Assembly (NCBI GenBank): GCA_963677925.2
Contig: CAXXYH010000003.1
Location: 1,856,001-1,920,000 of the forward strand
Length of the DNA stretch: 64,000 nt
Reading direction: 5' to 3'
Source: Spirochaetia bacterium
Lineage (GTDB): Bacteria > Spirochaetota > Spirochaetia > UBA9216
In this document: positions 1 to 10,453 of the stretch, piece after piece
How positions within the stretch are numbered: position 1 is the stretch's first letter
How the letters are laid out: the number at the start of each line of letters is the position of its first letter
Position numbers and translations under genes: made by a program
Notes under the pieces: model-generated
Seen by the model: the letters and a program-made list of their open reading frames with translations, nothing else
What the model was told of the DNA's origin: nothing
The model's database searches: none

Positions 1-2
1 AC

Positions 3-98
3 CGTCTGCAGATGCTGATAATTTCCGCAAGGGAACTGGAGAAGAAATCAGCGGACAGGAACCGTGATAGAATAGAAGCCCTGGCAGTGAGAGATTAA
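3..98 (+). CDS. 3' end of an upstream CDS (partial, unknown product)
   Basis: Open frame from the window edge (RLQMLIISARELEKKSADRNRDRIEALAVRD*) ending at TAA 96-98, just before the AGGAGG RBS of the next gene. Confidence 0.5.
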   Translation, partial: RLQMLIISARELEKKSADRNRDRIEALAVRD

Positions 99-114
99 GC
101 AGAGCAGGAGGTAT

Positions 115-780
115 ATGATTATTAAAAAATTACCGGTTCTAATTTTTTTGATCTTATTTTCAGCCTCTGCCGAAACTTTGTCCGCAATATCCGGAGAGGC
201 TGAACCTGTATCGGAAAACTACCGGATTTCAATGACTACTCTGCTCGGCCGTGACAAGGAATATCTGAATGTGTTAATAGAAGAATCAGACCCGGATGAT
301 TATTTCAGGCTCGGAATCCTGTATACAAACAAAATACTGCTTTCCGACAGCATTAAGACTCTTGATGAGGCTGTTGAAAATCTTGCCCTCGCTGAAACAG
401 ACGGCAAGGATGACAGCCTGCTCAGGATATATAAGGGGATAACCGAGGCCTTTCTTGCCCAAAAAAAGACTTTTCTAGGCGTTGAGAACATTAAAAACAC
501 CGAAGCTTTTATGAGCTCCGTTTCAGACAGCCATCCTGACTGGTTCATTCGCTTTCTCAGGGGAATTTCCTACTACAGATTCGGGCATGGGCTTCCCGGA
601 ATAGGCCCAATCAAGCCTTATAAAACAGAAGCCCTGCGGGTAGGAAGAATGGATCTGGAATATGTTATCAAGAGCCATAATACAAACAGCATCAGGGAAT
701 ATAATTCTGCGGATTATGACTGGATAGGGAGACCTGTGCCGGACAGTGCAGCAGCCTTTGCAGAAGATCTGCTCAAATAG
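115..780 (+). CDS. Secreted hypothetical protein, helical/TPR-like
   Basis: AGGAGG RBS; N-terminal signal peptide; helical TPR-like segments (DDYFRLGILY, FIRFLRGISYY). Confidence 0.7.
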   Translation: MIIKKLPVLIFLILFSASAETLSAISGEAEPVSENYRISMTTLLGRDKEYLNVLIEESDPDDYFRLGILYTNKILLSDSIKTLDEAVENLALAETDGKDDSLLRIYKGITEAFLAQKKTFLGVENIKNTEAFMSSVSDSHPDWFIRFLRGISYYRFGHGLPGIGPIKPYKTEALRVGRMDLEYVIKSHNTNSIREYNSADYDWIGRPVPDSAAAFAEDLLK

Positions 781-874
781 TTTTGCGTCCTGTTACAAAA
801 GCGGCTCTAAAATTAATAGATCAGATAAAGTCTCCCCGGAGTGATACATTAATATCATTCATGGAGGAGATATC

Positions 875-1453
875 ATGAAAAGATTAATTTTAATACTGTT
901 ATGTCTTTCTGTTGCAGCTTTCAGTTTTGGAGAAAGCGAAAAGGGGCTGCGGGTAGATGCCGAAATTGGAGCATCATTCTCTCTTTTTTCAACATATGTT
1001 ACTGCTCACCCCAAACTGATGTACGATTTGGGATTTCCGGCTGTCGGAGCCGGTGTCGGAGCATACTTCGGAACTACATTTTCAGACATCTATATCGGGC
1101 CTTTTGCCAGTCTTGAGCTTGGATGGCTGTATTTTGATATCGGAGGATTATTTAAAGTAGTTGCCCCGGATGAATCGAAGGCGGAAAACGGCTATGTTGA
1201 TTACTATACCGAAAGCGATATAATGCCGTGGGCTGCAGCCGGGCTTGCAATTCCGATATTTCCGATTGGACCGGGAAAACTGGGCGCCGATATATCACTG
1301 GGCTTCATACCAACTAACAGTCCTGTTCAGGTAGTTGATGATTCGGGTTCAATTCTTGGAGATCTTATAGGATCATTATTCGGAACGGTGATAACATCAG
1401 TTTTCGATTCTGCAAAACTTGGTGCATCACTTTTCTACACCATAACGTTTTAA
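875..1453 (+). CDS. Small outer-membrane beta-barrel-like protein
   Basis: GGAGGAG RBS; signal peptide; Gly/aromatic alternating strands; C-terminal ...ASLFYTITF beta-signal. Confidence 0.7.
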   Translation: MKRLILILLCLSVAAFSFGESEKGLRVDAEIGASFSLFSTYVTAHPKLMYDLGFPAVGAGVGAYFGTTFSDIYIGPFASLELGWLYFDIGGLFKVVAPDESKAENGYVDYYTESDIMPWAAAGLAIPIFPIGPGKLGADISLGFIPTNSPVQVVDDSGSILGDLIGSLFGTVITSVFDSAKLGASLFYTITF

Positions 1454-1522
1454 TAACAGAATTAGAGTCGTCCCATACCAGGGAAGGCTCTATATCTTTA
1501 AAGCAGGCTTTTTAAGCAGCCT

Positions 1523-2164
1523 TCATTCAAAAAGTATACCGTTTCCCTTAAAGAATCCGTCCTGCAGACTATTTAGATCAAGAGATTTCAACCCCTTTTC
1601 GGTGAGCAGATTAGTGAAGAAAATTCTTGCTGCAGTAGTATAGAGTTCCGGAATACTGACGGGAAGAATATCAGGACTATTCCAGCTGCTCAGACCGTTA
1701 ACGGCAGAAAACATCAGGTATACAACCGCTTCGGTCTTATAATCAGTCCGGAATGTTCCCTCTTCCTTCATGGCATCGATCAGCCGTCCCAGCATTCTGG
1801 CCAGATTCTTCTGAATATACACATTCGGGACAGCCTTCAAATGCGGGTTTTCAAGAATCATATCACGGTGGATATTACTGTTCCGGTTTTTCATAAAGTT
1901 GGAGGAATCAAGCATAAAGCGTTTTAGCTTATCAATAGAGCTGATATTCTCATCGTCAATGAATGCTGTATATGTCTCTACAACAAACTTTGCATACCAT
2001 TCAATAGTTTTATTAAAAAGATCATCTTTATTTGTAAAGTGATTATAAATGGTCTTTTTACTTACACCGGCCTCATCGGCAATATCCTGGACATTAGTAC
2101 GTTTATATCCGTATTTATCAAAAATCTTAAATGAAGCAATGAAGATTCGATCATCTTTAAGCAA
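1523..2164 (-). CDS. TetR/AcrR family transcriptional regulator
   Basis: N-terminal HTH GYKRTNVQDIADEAGVSKKTIYNHFTNKDDL; TTG start. Confidence 0.92.
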   Translation of the reverse strand: MLKDDRIFIASFKIFDKYGYKRTNVQDIADEAGVSKKTIYNHFTNKDDLFNKTIEWYAKFVVETYTAFIDDENISSIDKLKRFMLDSSNFMKNRNSNIHRDMILENPHLKAVPNVYIQKNLARMLGRLIDAMKEEGTFRTDYKTEAVVYLMFSAVNGLSSWNSPDILPVSIPELYTTAARIFFTNLLTEKGLKSLDLNSLQDGFFKGNGILFE

Positions 2165-2292
2165 TTGAAATTCCTTACAGTTAGTTTTTATTATGCATTA
2201 GTTTATTACTATATTCAGTATTTATCAATAACGATTTCCTAACTGGTTCTTATTGACAAAAGGCTCATAATATTGTTCTATATAAGTCCGTC

Positions 2293-2366
2293 GGGCCTAT
2301 AGCTCAGTTGGTTAGAGCACCTGACTCATAATCAGGGGGTCCTAGGTTCAAGCCCTAGTGGGCCCA
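2293..2366 (+). tRNA. tRNA with CAT anticodon, most likely tRNA-Ile2 (lysidine); CCA not encoded
   Basis: Acceptor stem GGGCCTA/TGGGCCC plus discriminator A; D-arm AGCTCAGTTGGTTAGAGC; anticodon arm CCTGA-CTCATAA-TCAGG; T-loop GGTTCAAGCC. The GACTCATAATC context resembles Ile2, and the G1-C72 pair argues against fMet. Confidence 0.93.
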
Positions 2367-2375
2367 TACGATGGT

Positions 2376-2413
2376 AGACTGAATGACTAATCTGTTGTTC
2401 AGTCTTTTTTTTT
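2376..2413 (+). terminator. Intrinsic terminator after the tRNA
   Basis: AGACTGAA...TTCAGTCT hairpin followed by a T-run. Confidence 0.8.
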
Positions 2414-2529
2414 CAAATCAGTCCAGGTAAGTTATTGATAATCTCATTCATTAATAGAAATACACAGTGAATAAAAGCTTGGACACGAAGCAGTTTCAGC
2501 TGTTATCATTCTCCTGAAAGGGGAGAAAG

Positions 2530-5082
2530 ATGAGAAAATTACTTATGATTCTGGTTTTTACCTGTATCAGTTCTGTATTATCATTCAGCCTGAGTTTCTC
2601 TGATTCAAATTTAATGATGATTCAGGAAGCCGAAACAGGCGACTTACTGTCAGGGCTCAGCATGCGGCTTGGCGGGGAAGATTCCGGAATAGTGGTCCTT
2701 ATCAGAGATGCACAGATTCAGCTTGACGATAAAGGCAGACGAATCCTCAGGGTATTTGATTCAATAATTCCCTCCCGTGATACTTTTATACGGATAGTTG
2801 ATTATGAGATAGCTATAGGCTCAGGCAGTATCACTAAACTCAGCGAAACCTCCGCAGGCGGCTATCTGAAAAACAGCGGAATGCTGAAAATTACTGCTGA
2901 CGAACTGATATCATTCAATTCAGATGATTATCCGGTACTTAGATGTTCCGTAGTCGTTGCCGGGGTTTCCGCAGGAATATTCCAGACTGAACTTAATTCC
3001 CAAACATGGCAGTATCCTGAGGAAGGTCTTAAACTCTACGACGGACAGATTAGGCTCAACAACCATATATTTAACTTTCAATCGATGCTTCTCAAGGGTT
3101 CAAGGCTGGTGCTGCGCGATAATGCTGTGAGCTTTTTCGGTCTTGATGCTGCAATGGATGTAATAGTATTGAATACAGGGACATTGGATATTATAGATCG
3201 AAGCGCACTGATATTACCGGAATCAGTGTATACATCAGACAGACTTTCACTGATTGCTGGGGAAGGAACCGATTTTGAGATTCCTTTTATTCTTGAAGTC
3301 TGTCGCGCGGAAGGTGAAAAGATTTCTGCCGATAAAGCTGTTTTAAAAATACCTGCCGGTTTTGAAGTAGATAACAAGGATGAATCTATCATCATTCCGG
3401 GTATCATCGTAGGATTTGCAGGTATAGAATCCGGGAAGAGCAGCCTGAAAGCATCTTACAATTATAAGGGGTGGGATTTCAGTTTCAGTTCGATCGGTCT
3501 TACCGTCGACGGATTGGTACTGCAGGGAAAAACGGATGTAAGAATCAACAGCCGCAACAGGAGGGGCGGGACTGTTCCTGTTTTTGCCGACAGAATATCT
3601 ATCTCCGCTGCCGGTGATTTATCTCTTGATAGATCTGATGCGCTTATCAGTCAGTCATATGAAAATCTTCACCGTGATTCAGTTATGTTTGCAGATACTG
3701 TGTATCTAAAACCGCACAGTCCTGCCCTAATTCGAAAAGATGATGAAGTTCTTTTTAATTTCAAGGAATACTCGGTTATACAGCCGGCAGGTTATGAAGA
3801 AATTGCACTCTCCGGTTCTAATCTGATTATTGATTCTAATGGAGATATCCATCCTTCATCACAGGAGGTGAATGAAATTTATAGACCTGTCAAATTCTAC
3901 AGCCCCCCGGGATTAGAGCTGAACGCCGATAAATGGACTATAAACAGGGAGGGGCTGTTTTACAGCGGGTATTTGCTTTTTGACGGACGATATCAAATGG
4001 AGAGTGGCGATAAGGGAGTTTATATTGAGAAAGCGGTATTTGATCAGGGGGCAATATATACTGATATAAAAACTCCAGCCAAGCCAGTCCGGTTCAGCGT
4101 GGAAGGATGGCGCTTTGAAGCCGATAAATTCAATCTGAGTAACGGAAGGATTCACTGGTACGGAGCCAGCTGGATATATGAGCCTGAAAAAATTGCATTT
4201 CCGCTGAAGATTCCTGAAAAGCAGTACTTCCCCGGTGAAACACCCAGTCTGATTATTAATTATGACGGAAAATTTTTTGAACCTGCACAGATTAAAAGCA
4301 TACCGGAATATCCGCTTCTTTTTAACCATGCTGAGCTGCGCTCTGCAGAAATCTCTGAGAATGGAGAGTTTACCATGGACGGCTACCTGGTATCCCACGC
4401 ATTCGGAGGTGTTAAAATATATGTTAAAAGACTGCCGATGCTTCAGGATGGAACAATCCCCGAGTTTAAAGACGCTTTTGTCAGCTCTTCTAATAAAACT
4501 AAATTCAACAACAGTGAAATAGTGTTCAGCGGCATAACCATTAAAGAATCTGCTCTGAAATTCGATTCGGTTAAAGTTGACTTTAATAATCCAAGAATTA
4601 CCGGCGGAATAGAACTGTATAATGTCAGAGAGTTCAGTAATAACCGTTTTGGCTACAGCAACAGTATGGCTGCATCATTATATGTTGATGGCGTAAAGAT
4701 AGATGCACAGCTACTGAGTTTTGACAGTGATAAAGCTGTTTTTTCAGGCGTCGCCTCCGCAGTGATAAAGGGACTGCCTAATATTTCCGGCCGTTTTGAT
4801 GAATGGACTGTATACCATGACGGCAGGATAGATTCTCTTAAATGTGATTTAGGCAGCCGAAAGATACTGTACCAATCAGAGGAGTTTACCATCAGGGCTC
4901 AAAATATTGAACTGTTCAGCCCTCCCCCGCCAGGAAGTTCAGCGACCGCCGGATGGATCTTGCTAAAACGACCGACTATCAGGCTTCAAGGAAAAAGTGA
5001 GGATCAGGAAATCGATCATATCTGGATAAATACAGCCACAGCCGAATACTCATTCGGTAATCAGGATTTTAAACGGCTTTGA
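2530..5082 (+). CDS. Large secreted beta-strand-repeat hypothetical protein (850 aa)
   Basis: GGGGAG RBS; signal peptide; recurring beta-hairpin-like segments; no family recognised. Confidence 0.75.
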   Translation: MRKLLMILVFTCISSVLSFSLSFSDSNLMMIQEAETGDLLSGLSMRLGGEDSGIVVLIRDAQIQLDDKGRRILRVFDSIIPSRDTFIRIVDYEIAIGSGSITKLSETSAGGYLKNSGMLKITADELISFNSDDYPVLRCSVVVAGVSAGIFQTELNSQTWQYPEEGLKLYDGQIRLNNHIFNFQSMLLKGSRLVLRDNAVSFFGLDAAMDVIVLNTGTLDIIDRSALILPESVYTSDRLSLIAGEGTDFEIPFILEVCRAEGEKISADKAVLKIPAGFEVDNKDESIIIPGIIVGFAGIESGKSSLKASYNYKGWDFSFSSIGLTVDGLVLQGKTDVRINSRNRRGGTVPVFADRISISAAGDLSLDRSDALISQSYENLHRDSVMFADTVYLKPHSPALIRKDDEVLFNFKEYSVIQPAGYEEIALSGSNLIIDSNGDIHPSSQEVNEIYRPVKFYSPPGLELNADKWTINREGLFYSGYLLFDGRYQMESGDKGVYIEKAVFDQGAIYTDIKTPAKPVRFSVEGWRFEADKFNLSNGRIHWYGASWIYEPEKIAFPLKIPEKQYFPGETPSLIINYDGKFFEPAQIKSIPEYPLLFNHAELRSAEISENGEFTMDGYLVSHAFGGVKIYVKRLPMLQDGTIPEFKDAFVSSSNKTKFNNSEIVFSGITIKESALKFDSVKVDFNNPRITGGIELYNVREFSNNRFGYSNSMAASLYVDGVKIDAQLLSFDSDKAVFSGVASAVIKGLPNISGRFDEWTVYHDGRIDSLKCDLGSRKILYQSEEFTIRAQNIELFSPPPPGSSATAGWILLKRPTIRLQGKSEDQEIDHIWINTATAEYSFGNQDFKRL

Positions 5083-5118
5083 AGACGGAAAAACACTATG
5101 TAAGCCTGAATAATGAAG

Positions 5119-6690
5119 CTATTCCAGGGCCGGCGGATTATTTACAAGATAGGGGTATCCCCCGTTGATTGTATCTGCTCTGTCCCAGATATATTCTGTG
5201 CCGTTAGTGTCTTCATCGGCAAAGTCCCAGCCTGCGTCTGTGAATATACTTTCAGTTTTCATGTAGAGACTGTATTGCGGGGCTGCTTTTGATTCTGTAC
5301 CGGCGAATAGTGTGGAATCATAAAAGCAGGCAGAAACTGTTGAATGACTATGATATCCAAACCCATATGCTGTATCAATATCGGTAAGCCTCGAAGCAGA
5401 GAAACAATCTGTATAGGTTGCGTTTGCATAATTTGAAGCACGTCTTGTGCAGATGCCTGCAAAACCTCCGATTATTCCATTAGTATTTGTTGTTTTTATC
5501 GTCCCTATTGAATAGCATGCGTCATGGCTTACCGAACGGGAATAACCTTCAAAACCCCCAACATAATTATTTCCTTCAACAGTACATTTTGAATAGCATT
5601 CGGATATAGTGCTGTACTCTGTATAACCGGCCAGCCCCCCGGTGTATTCACCAGTTGCAGTTATTGTTCCTTCAACAGAACAGTATTTTACTGTACCATA
5701 AAGACACCCTACTAATCCTCCGACATAAGTTCCTCCGGAAATATTAACATCTTCCAAATGGATATCAGTCAGCGTTGCTCCGGAATAAGTACAGCCGAAC
5801 ATACCCTGATAATCTTCAGTAGAATCAATTGACAGGTTGGAGATAGTATACCCGCCGCCGTCATAACTGCCTCTGAACCTTGTACTGCTGTTATTATAGT
5901 TTCCAATAGGAGTAAAATCATCAGCGCCGTCCATATCTATATTCCTGACTTGCTTAAAAGAATAACTCCAATAGTCGCTGTCGCTTGCAATATAAACCAG
6001 CTCAAAGGGATACTTCACATCATTTGCCGCAGAGCTGCTTATTGCTGTTACTGTAAAGATACGTACATCGCTCCATTCACCATATTCACTGCCTGAGCTG
6101 CTTTTTACTGAACGGAAACGCCAGTAAAAAGTTTGACTGTCAATCAATCCGCTTAGCTCACATGAGTTTGTACTTGATGTAAGCTCTATGTAGTTATTAT
6201 TCTCAAGACCTGTTTCCGAAATAGAATACTGAATCTGGTAGCCGTCTGCTGCGGACTGTTCCGCTCCCCAGCTTAACTTAACTGTATTTGCAAAGGTTGT
6301 GTCTTCATCTAAGGGCATTACATCATAGTTTAAAGTGTAGCTCCCGGCTGAGATATCGCTGTCAGTGTAATCTTCTTTAACAGCGATAGCAGAGATTTCA
6401 GTAGTTCCTGACGCATTAAGGGTGATAGCACCGGTATAAATGGATGAAGTCGTTGTCGGAATTGAACCGTCTGTTGTATAGTAAATTGAAGCGCCGTCTG
6501 TGTTTGAGCTAAGGCTCAGGCTCTGATCGGTACTGTAACTTCCTGCCTCTATCGAGAAGTCCGGAGCTTCGCATTGGAGTGGATCAGTATCTTCCAATGA
6601 CGGGTCAATAGTATCAGTGCATGAAAACACAAGAAATGATAAAGCAAGGAAAAGTAAGATCGATCTGGAGCGGAACTTATATTCGAACAT
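5119..6690 (-). CDS. Surface lipoprotein with CHB_HEX_C/FN3-associated, FN3-like and GLUG-motif domains
   Basis: Lipobox LVFSC; APDFSIEAGSY...ASIYYTTDGSIPT; TFYWRFRSV; repeated YVGGLVG/YTGGLAG; C-terminal INGGYPYL. Confidence 0.85.
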   Translation of the reverse strand: MFEYKFRSRSILLFLALSFLVFSCTDTIDPSLEDTDPLQCEAPDFSIEAGSYSTDQSLSLSSNTDGASIYYTTDGSIPTTTSSIYTGAITLNASGTTEISAIAVKEDYTDSDISAGSYTLNYDVMPLDEDTTFANTVKLSWGAEQSAADGYQIQYSISETGLENNNYIELTSSTNSCELSGLIDSQTFYWRFRSVKSSSGSEYGEWSDVRIFTVTAISSSAANDVKYPFELVYIASDSDYWSYSFKQVRNIDMDGADDFTPIGNYNNSSTRFRGSYDGGGYTISNLSIDSTEDYQGMFGCTYSGATLTDIHLEDVNISGGTYVGGLVGCLYGTVKYCSVEGTITATGEYTGGLAGYTEYSTISECYSKCTVEGNNYVGGFEGYSRSVSHDACYSIGTIKTTNTNGIIGGFAGICTRRASNYANATYTDCFSASRLTDIDTAYGFGYHSHSTVSACFYDSTLFAGTESKAAPQYSLYMKTESIFTDAGWDFADEDTNGTEYIWDRADTINGGYPYLVNNPPALE

Positions 6691-6864
6691 TTTGTTATCC
6701 TTTTAGCATAAATACACTTACATAATATAATAATTGTAATTGTTATTCAGTTTTCTATCAATATGCTTCATGCTTCAAAAAAATGGAACGAATAACTGAA
6801 GCTTTCCAGTAACAGCATTCGTAAGCTCTTCTCAAATTGAGGAAAGATTTTATTAATACTTAGT

Positions 6865-7341
6865 TTATTCAACTGACTCAGCAGGTGTACCCTTAATCAT
6901 TCTGTGATAGTCGTTCAATTTACATACAATTGCAAAGTAGTCCTGCTGTTCCTGCGGGTTCAGTTTTCCAAGGACATCCGACATAAACTTCCAGTGTTCT
7001 GTTTTAAACCGGGAAGTTAAATCCAACCCGGCTTGAGTAAGAGCAAGATTGAAAACCCTTTTGTCTTCAGCAGACTGCTCCTTCTTCATGTATCCTTTCT
7101 TTATAAGCATTGATGCAACAGGTGTAAAAGAACCTTTCTCAAGTACCAGCCTGCGGCTTAACTCAGACATGGCCATACTGCCATGAAAACGGAGTATCAG
7201 CGCTGCTCTTACATGCGTAAAGTTTAATTCCTCCGGCAGGCTGAAGTTATCCTCAAAGCCTTTAATAAATATGGATACAATAAATCTGTGAAGCTCGAAG
7301 ATATCTTCAACCCGTTGTTCAATACTGCCGTTTTTATTCAT
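6865..7341 (-). CDS. MarR family regulator
   Basis: Winged-helix motif MSELSRRLVLEKGSFT...LIKKGY...EDKRVFNLALT. Confidence 0.9.
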   Translation of the reverse strand: MNKNGSIEQRVEDIFELHRFIVSIFIKGFEDNFSLPEELNFTHVRAALILRFHGSMAMSELSRRLVLEKGSFTPVASMLIKKGYMKKEQSAEDKRVFNLALTQAGLDLTSRFKTEHWKFMSDVLGKLNPQEQQDYFAIVCKLNDYHRMIKGTPAESVE

Positions 7342-7349
7342 AGCGTATG

Positions 7350-8765
7350 TTAATATGAATATTCTTCAGCTGCAAGCAATTCCAGACGCGTCCCGGAAAC
7401 AGTACCGGCGATTGTCTGCTCTTCAAGCAAACGGTTCAGCTCCCTGAAAAAGGACAGACTCATCAACACCGCAACAATGGCTGTAAGGATATCAGCTATT
7501 GGCTGTGCGAAAATAAATCCATTAAGCCCGAAAAGGTTGTTAAGAATCATAACAGCAGGAAGATAAAGAAGACACTGTCTGCCAAGTGAAACAATCATTG
7601 CATTTAATGCTTTGCCGACCGACTGAAAAGTAATCATCATGGTCATCTGAAGCCCGATAAACGGCAGACCGATGGAGAAAGCCCTGATGAACTGTACACC
7701 GATATCTACAGTTGCCCTGTCACTGATGAAAAGCCCGATCAGATTACGGCCTAAAATCTGAAAGATTATCGTAAATAATACTGCCAGTATCGTTGAATAC
7801 AGGAGGGTAATTTTAAAGCCTTCTTTGAGGCGGTCATACTTTTCTGCTCCATAATTATAACCTGCAAACGGCTGATACCCCTGGGCAAGCCCCATTATCA
7901 GCATGAAAGCCATACTTACAACTCTCATCTGTATTCCGTTTCCGGCAACAACATGGTCTCCGTATCCAGCGGCAATAATATTCACAAGTATCATTGACAG
8001 TGACATTACAATATTTGATAAGGCTGAAGGAATTCCTATCTTGAATATCTGAGAATATATCTTTTTTGACGGACTGATGTGCCCGGGTTTTATAGAAAGC
8101 AGGGTATTTTTTGATGCAAGATGTGTGACAAAATAGACCGCTCCAGCTGCTGTTCCGATTACGGTCGCATATGCAGCCCCTGCAACTCCCATATCAAAGA
8201 CAAAGATAAAAACCGGATCAAGTATTATATTTATACCAATTCCAAGAACCATACCTGTCATCGATTTATCTGTAGCTCCCTCACTTCTGATAAGACCGGA
8301 AAAAGTTATCTGAAGAACAAATACTATTGCACAAACGGATATTATTGAAAAATACTGGTTTGTCGCATCAAATGTAGCTGGACTGGTTCCAATTACCGAC
8401 AGAAGCGGCTGCTTGAATACTATCAGCAGGACTGTGACAATAATTCCAAGCAATAAGGCTGTATAGATTGCAGTAGCTGCAGTCTTTTTTGCTTCTTCAT
8501 TTTCTTTTGCACCAAGCATTCTTGATATATAGCTTGCTGCACCATTTGAAAAAATGTTCCCCAAGGCCTGAACAGCCATCAGAACCGGAGCGGCTAGAGA
8601 CAGAGCGGCAACAAGATTTGGGTCATTAAGCCGGCCAATAAAAAAGGTGTCAGTCAGGTTATATATCATTACAACCGCCATCGACAGCATTGTCGGCATA
8701 GCCAGTTTCAATATTGCCTGTTTTACTGGAATCTGTTCCATAAGCATTGTTTTATCGTTATTCAT
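7350..8765 (-). CDS. MATE family efflux transporter (MepA-like)
   Basis: IYNLTDTFFIG, NIILDPVFIF, MGVAGAAYAT, GYNYGA; about 12 TM segments. Confidence 0.95.
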   Translation of the reverse strand: MNNDKTMLMEQIPVKQAILKLAMPTMLSMAVVMIYNLTDTFFIGRLNDPNLVAALSLAAPVLMAVQALGNIFSNGAASYISRMLGAKENEEAKKTAATAIYTALLLGIIVTVLLIVFKQPLLSVIGTSPATFDATNQYFSIISVCAIVFVLQITFSGLIRSEGATDKSMTGMVLGIGINIILDPVFIFVFDMGVAGAAYATVIGTAAGAVYFVTHLASKNTLLSIKPGHISPSKKIYSQIFKIGIPSALSNIVMSLSMILVNIIAAGYGDHVVAGNGIQMRVVSMAFMLIMGLAQGYQPFAGYNYGAEKYDRLKEGFKITLLYSTILAVLFTIIFQILGRNLIGLFISDRATVDIGVQFIRAFSIGLPFIGLQMTMMITFQSVGKALNAMIVSLGRQCLLYLPAVMILNNLFGLNGFIFAQPIADILTAIVAVLMSLSFFRELNRLLEEQTIAGTVSGTRLELLAAEEYSY

Positions 8766-8785
8766 AAAGTTCTCCTTTACATAAC

Positions 8786-8851
8786 TAGTTTGATTTCTAA
8801 CTAAATATAGTAATAACCATAAAAACAGTCAAGTAGTTAGATTTCTAACCT
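8786..8851 (-). promoter_or_regulatory. sigma70 promoter of MATE-marR flanked by two MarR-type operators
   Basis: Minus strand TTGACT(8832-8827)-17bp-TATATT(8809-8804); imperfect palindromes TAGTTTGATTTCTAACTA (8786-8803) and TAGTTAGATTTCTAACCT (8834-8851). Confidence 0.8.
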
Positions 8852-8943
8852 TTAACAAAAAGAGAATATTCTATAGAAATGATTCGAAATAATATGGGAT
8901 ATATGTTTGTATCTGCAATCAGAGTGATTCAGTCAGGTGATGA

Positions 8944-10311
8944 CTATCTTCCTTCATATGCAGCCACAGCCAGACCCGCCGCAATGCCCCGGAAAGAATT
9001 CCACTCCTCGGGGTCCTTGCCTGTCAGAGCTGCTATATGCTTTCTTACAGAAGGGATGCGTGAAGTGCCGCCTGTACAGACTATGCGGGAAATCTGCTCT
9101 TTACCAAGTTCAGCATTCTGAAGAACCTCATTTATAACCTGCTCTATATCATGAAATACCGGCATAATTATTTCTTCAAGTTCAGCTCTGGTAAATTCAA
9201 CATCAAGATTTATTTCTTCCATTGTTATCGAGGTTAGCACTTTTTCAGACAGCTCAATTTTTGCCTGCTCGATCCTCTCCATCAGCTGAAATGAACCGTT
9301 GCAGCGTATCAGCATCTTAAGCCTGCGGCCCTTTTCACCTGTAGTTCCGCCTTCCCTGATAAGCATGTTTACCTTCTCTATATAGGCCGCCTGATTAAGC
9401 AGATATGTGCTTTGCCAGTTGAGAAGATATTCTTCAAACTCGGGATAGTGAAAATCGTGACTGATGGTCAGACCGTCACCTAGCAGCGGAGCAATTTTTT
9501 TCCGGAAGATCAACCGGTCAATATTATCTCCAGCCCGGGGGATTCCCGCCGCGCCGAGAAATTTCAAGCCCCCACTGCCTTTCTCAAGAATGCACAGGTC
9601 AAGGGTGCCGCCGCCGAAGTCGACAACCAGAATATTCTCATGCTCCGGTCCGGGGTGACTGTTCAGGTAGCTTAGCGCCGCTGCCTCAGGTTCCAGCATA
9701 AAAGAGAAGTTCTCCATACCGGCCCTGGAGCTGGAGACAGTCATCCGCTCAAGGGCAATCGTTTCGGAATACGCGGCATTACCGCAGTAAATAACAGGGC
9801 GGCCGATGCGCAGTGAAAACTCCTGTTCCTTCACATGTTCACCAAGCCGCTCAGCCACATGTCTTAGAATTATAGTTAAAATAGCTTCAAGCCGGAATTT
9901 TTTCCCGAATACATCGAAACGCGGATCCCCTGTATCTCCCAGATAGCTTTTCATAGACTTAAACAGGCGTCCCGGAAGTTCAGCGTCTATCTTTCCGGTC
10001 ACAACCTGTGTATAGGACCTGTCTCTTTCAATGGTATGATCCCTGTCCATCTCACCCATATGAACTGTTATGCAGCCGATTTCCTTATCAGTAAGTGTTA
10101 TCTTACGGCTGGTATTCTCCTCCAGATATCTGAGTATTGCTCCTCCGCCAACGGTCGGCTGTATCTCACGGTCAAGATACAGCGCAGTGGGCATAATAAT
10201 GCCCTCATTGAGATATTCATCCAGCCTGATATATTCAATACTGCGGCCGTCATAAACAGCCGCAGTTGTGTTTGAGGTTCCAAAATCAAGACCAATTCCA
10301 ATATGTGCCAT
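8944..10311 (-). CDS. Hsp70-family protein, YegD-like (ATPase domain only)
   Basis: IGLDFGTSNT, EPEAAA, VVDFGGGTLD, TGGTSRIP; no substrate-binding domain. Confidence 0.9.
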   Translation of the reverse strand: MAHIGIGLDFGTSNTTAAVYDGRSIEYIRLDEYLNEGIIMPTALYLDREIQPTVGGGAILRYLEENTSRKITLTDKEIGCITVHMGEMDRDHTIERDRSYTQVVTGKIDAELPGRLFKSMKSYLGDTGDPRFDVFGKKFRLEAILTIILRHVAERLGEHVKEQEFSLRIGRPVIYCGNAAYSETIALERMTVSSSRAGMENFSFMLEPEAAALSYLNSHPGPEHENILVVDFGGGTLDLCILEKGSGGLKFLGAAGIPRAGDNIDRLIFRKKIAPLLGDGLTISHDFHYPEFEEYLLNWQSTYLLNQAAYIEKVNMLIREGGTTGEKGRRLKMLIRCNGSFQLMERIEQAKIELSEKVLTSITMEEINLDVEFTRAELEEIIMPVFHDIEQVINEVLQNAELGKEQISRIVCTGGTSRIPSVRKHIAALTGKDPEEWNSFRGIAAGLAVAAYEGR

Positions 10312-10453
10312 GAAATTAATATCTCCTAAGCGATAAGTTCATTTCAGTAAAATCGTAATATAATTAAATATAAAGTTAAAGAACAGTCCCGATTGAATTT
10401 TTTGCATTACCAGCCCCCTTAATATTATAATTAAACTTAACCGGAGGAAAATA

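Noticed and set aside
2293-6690. Possible genomic island integrated at the tRNA
   Set aside because: No integrase, no duplicated tRNA 3' end seen in the window, and an intact terminator directly follows the tRNA
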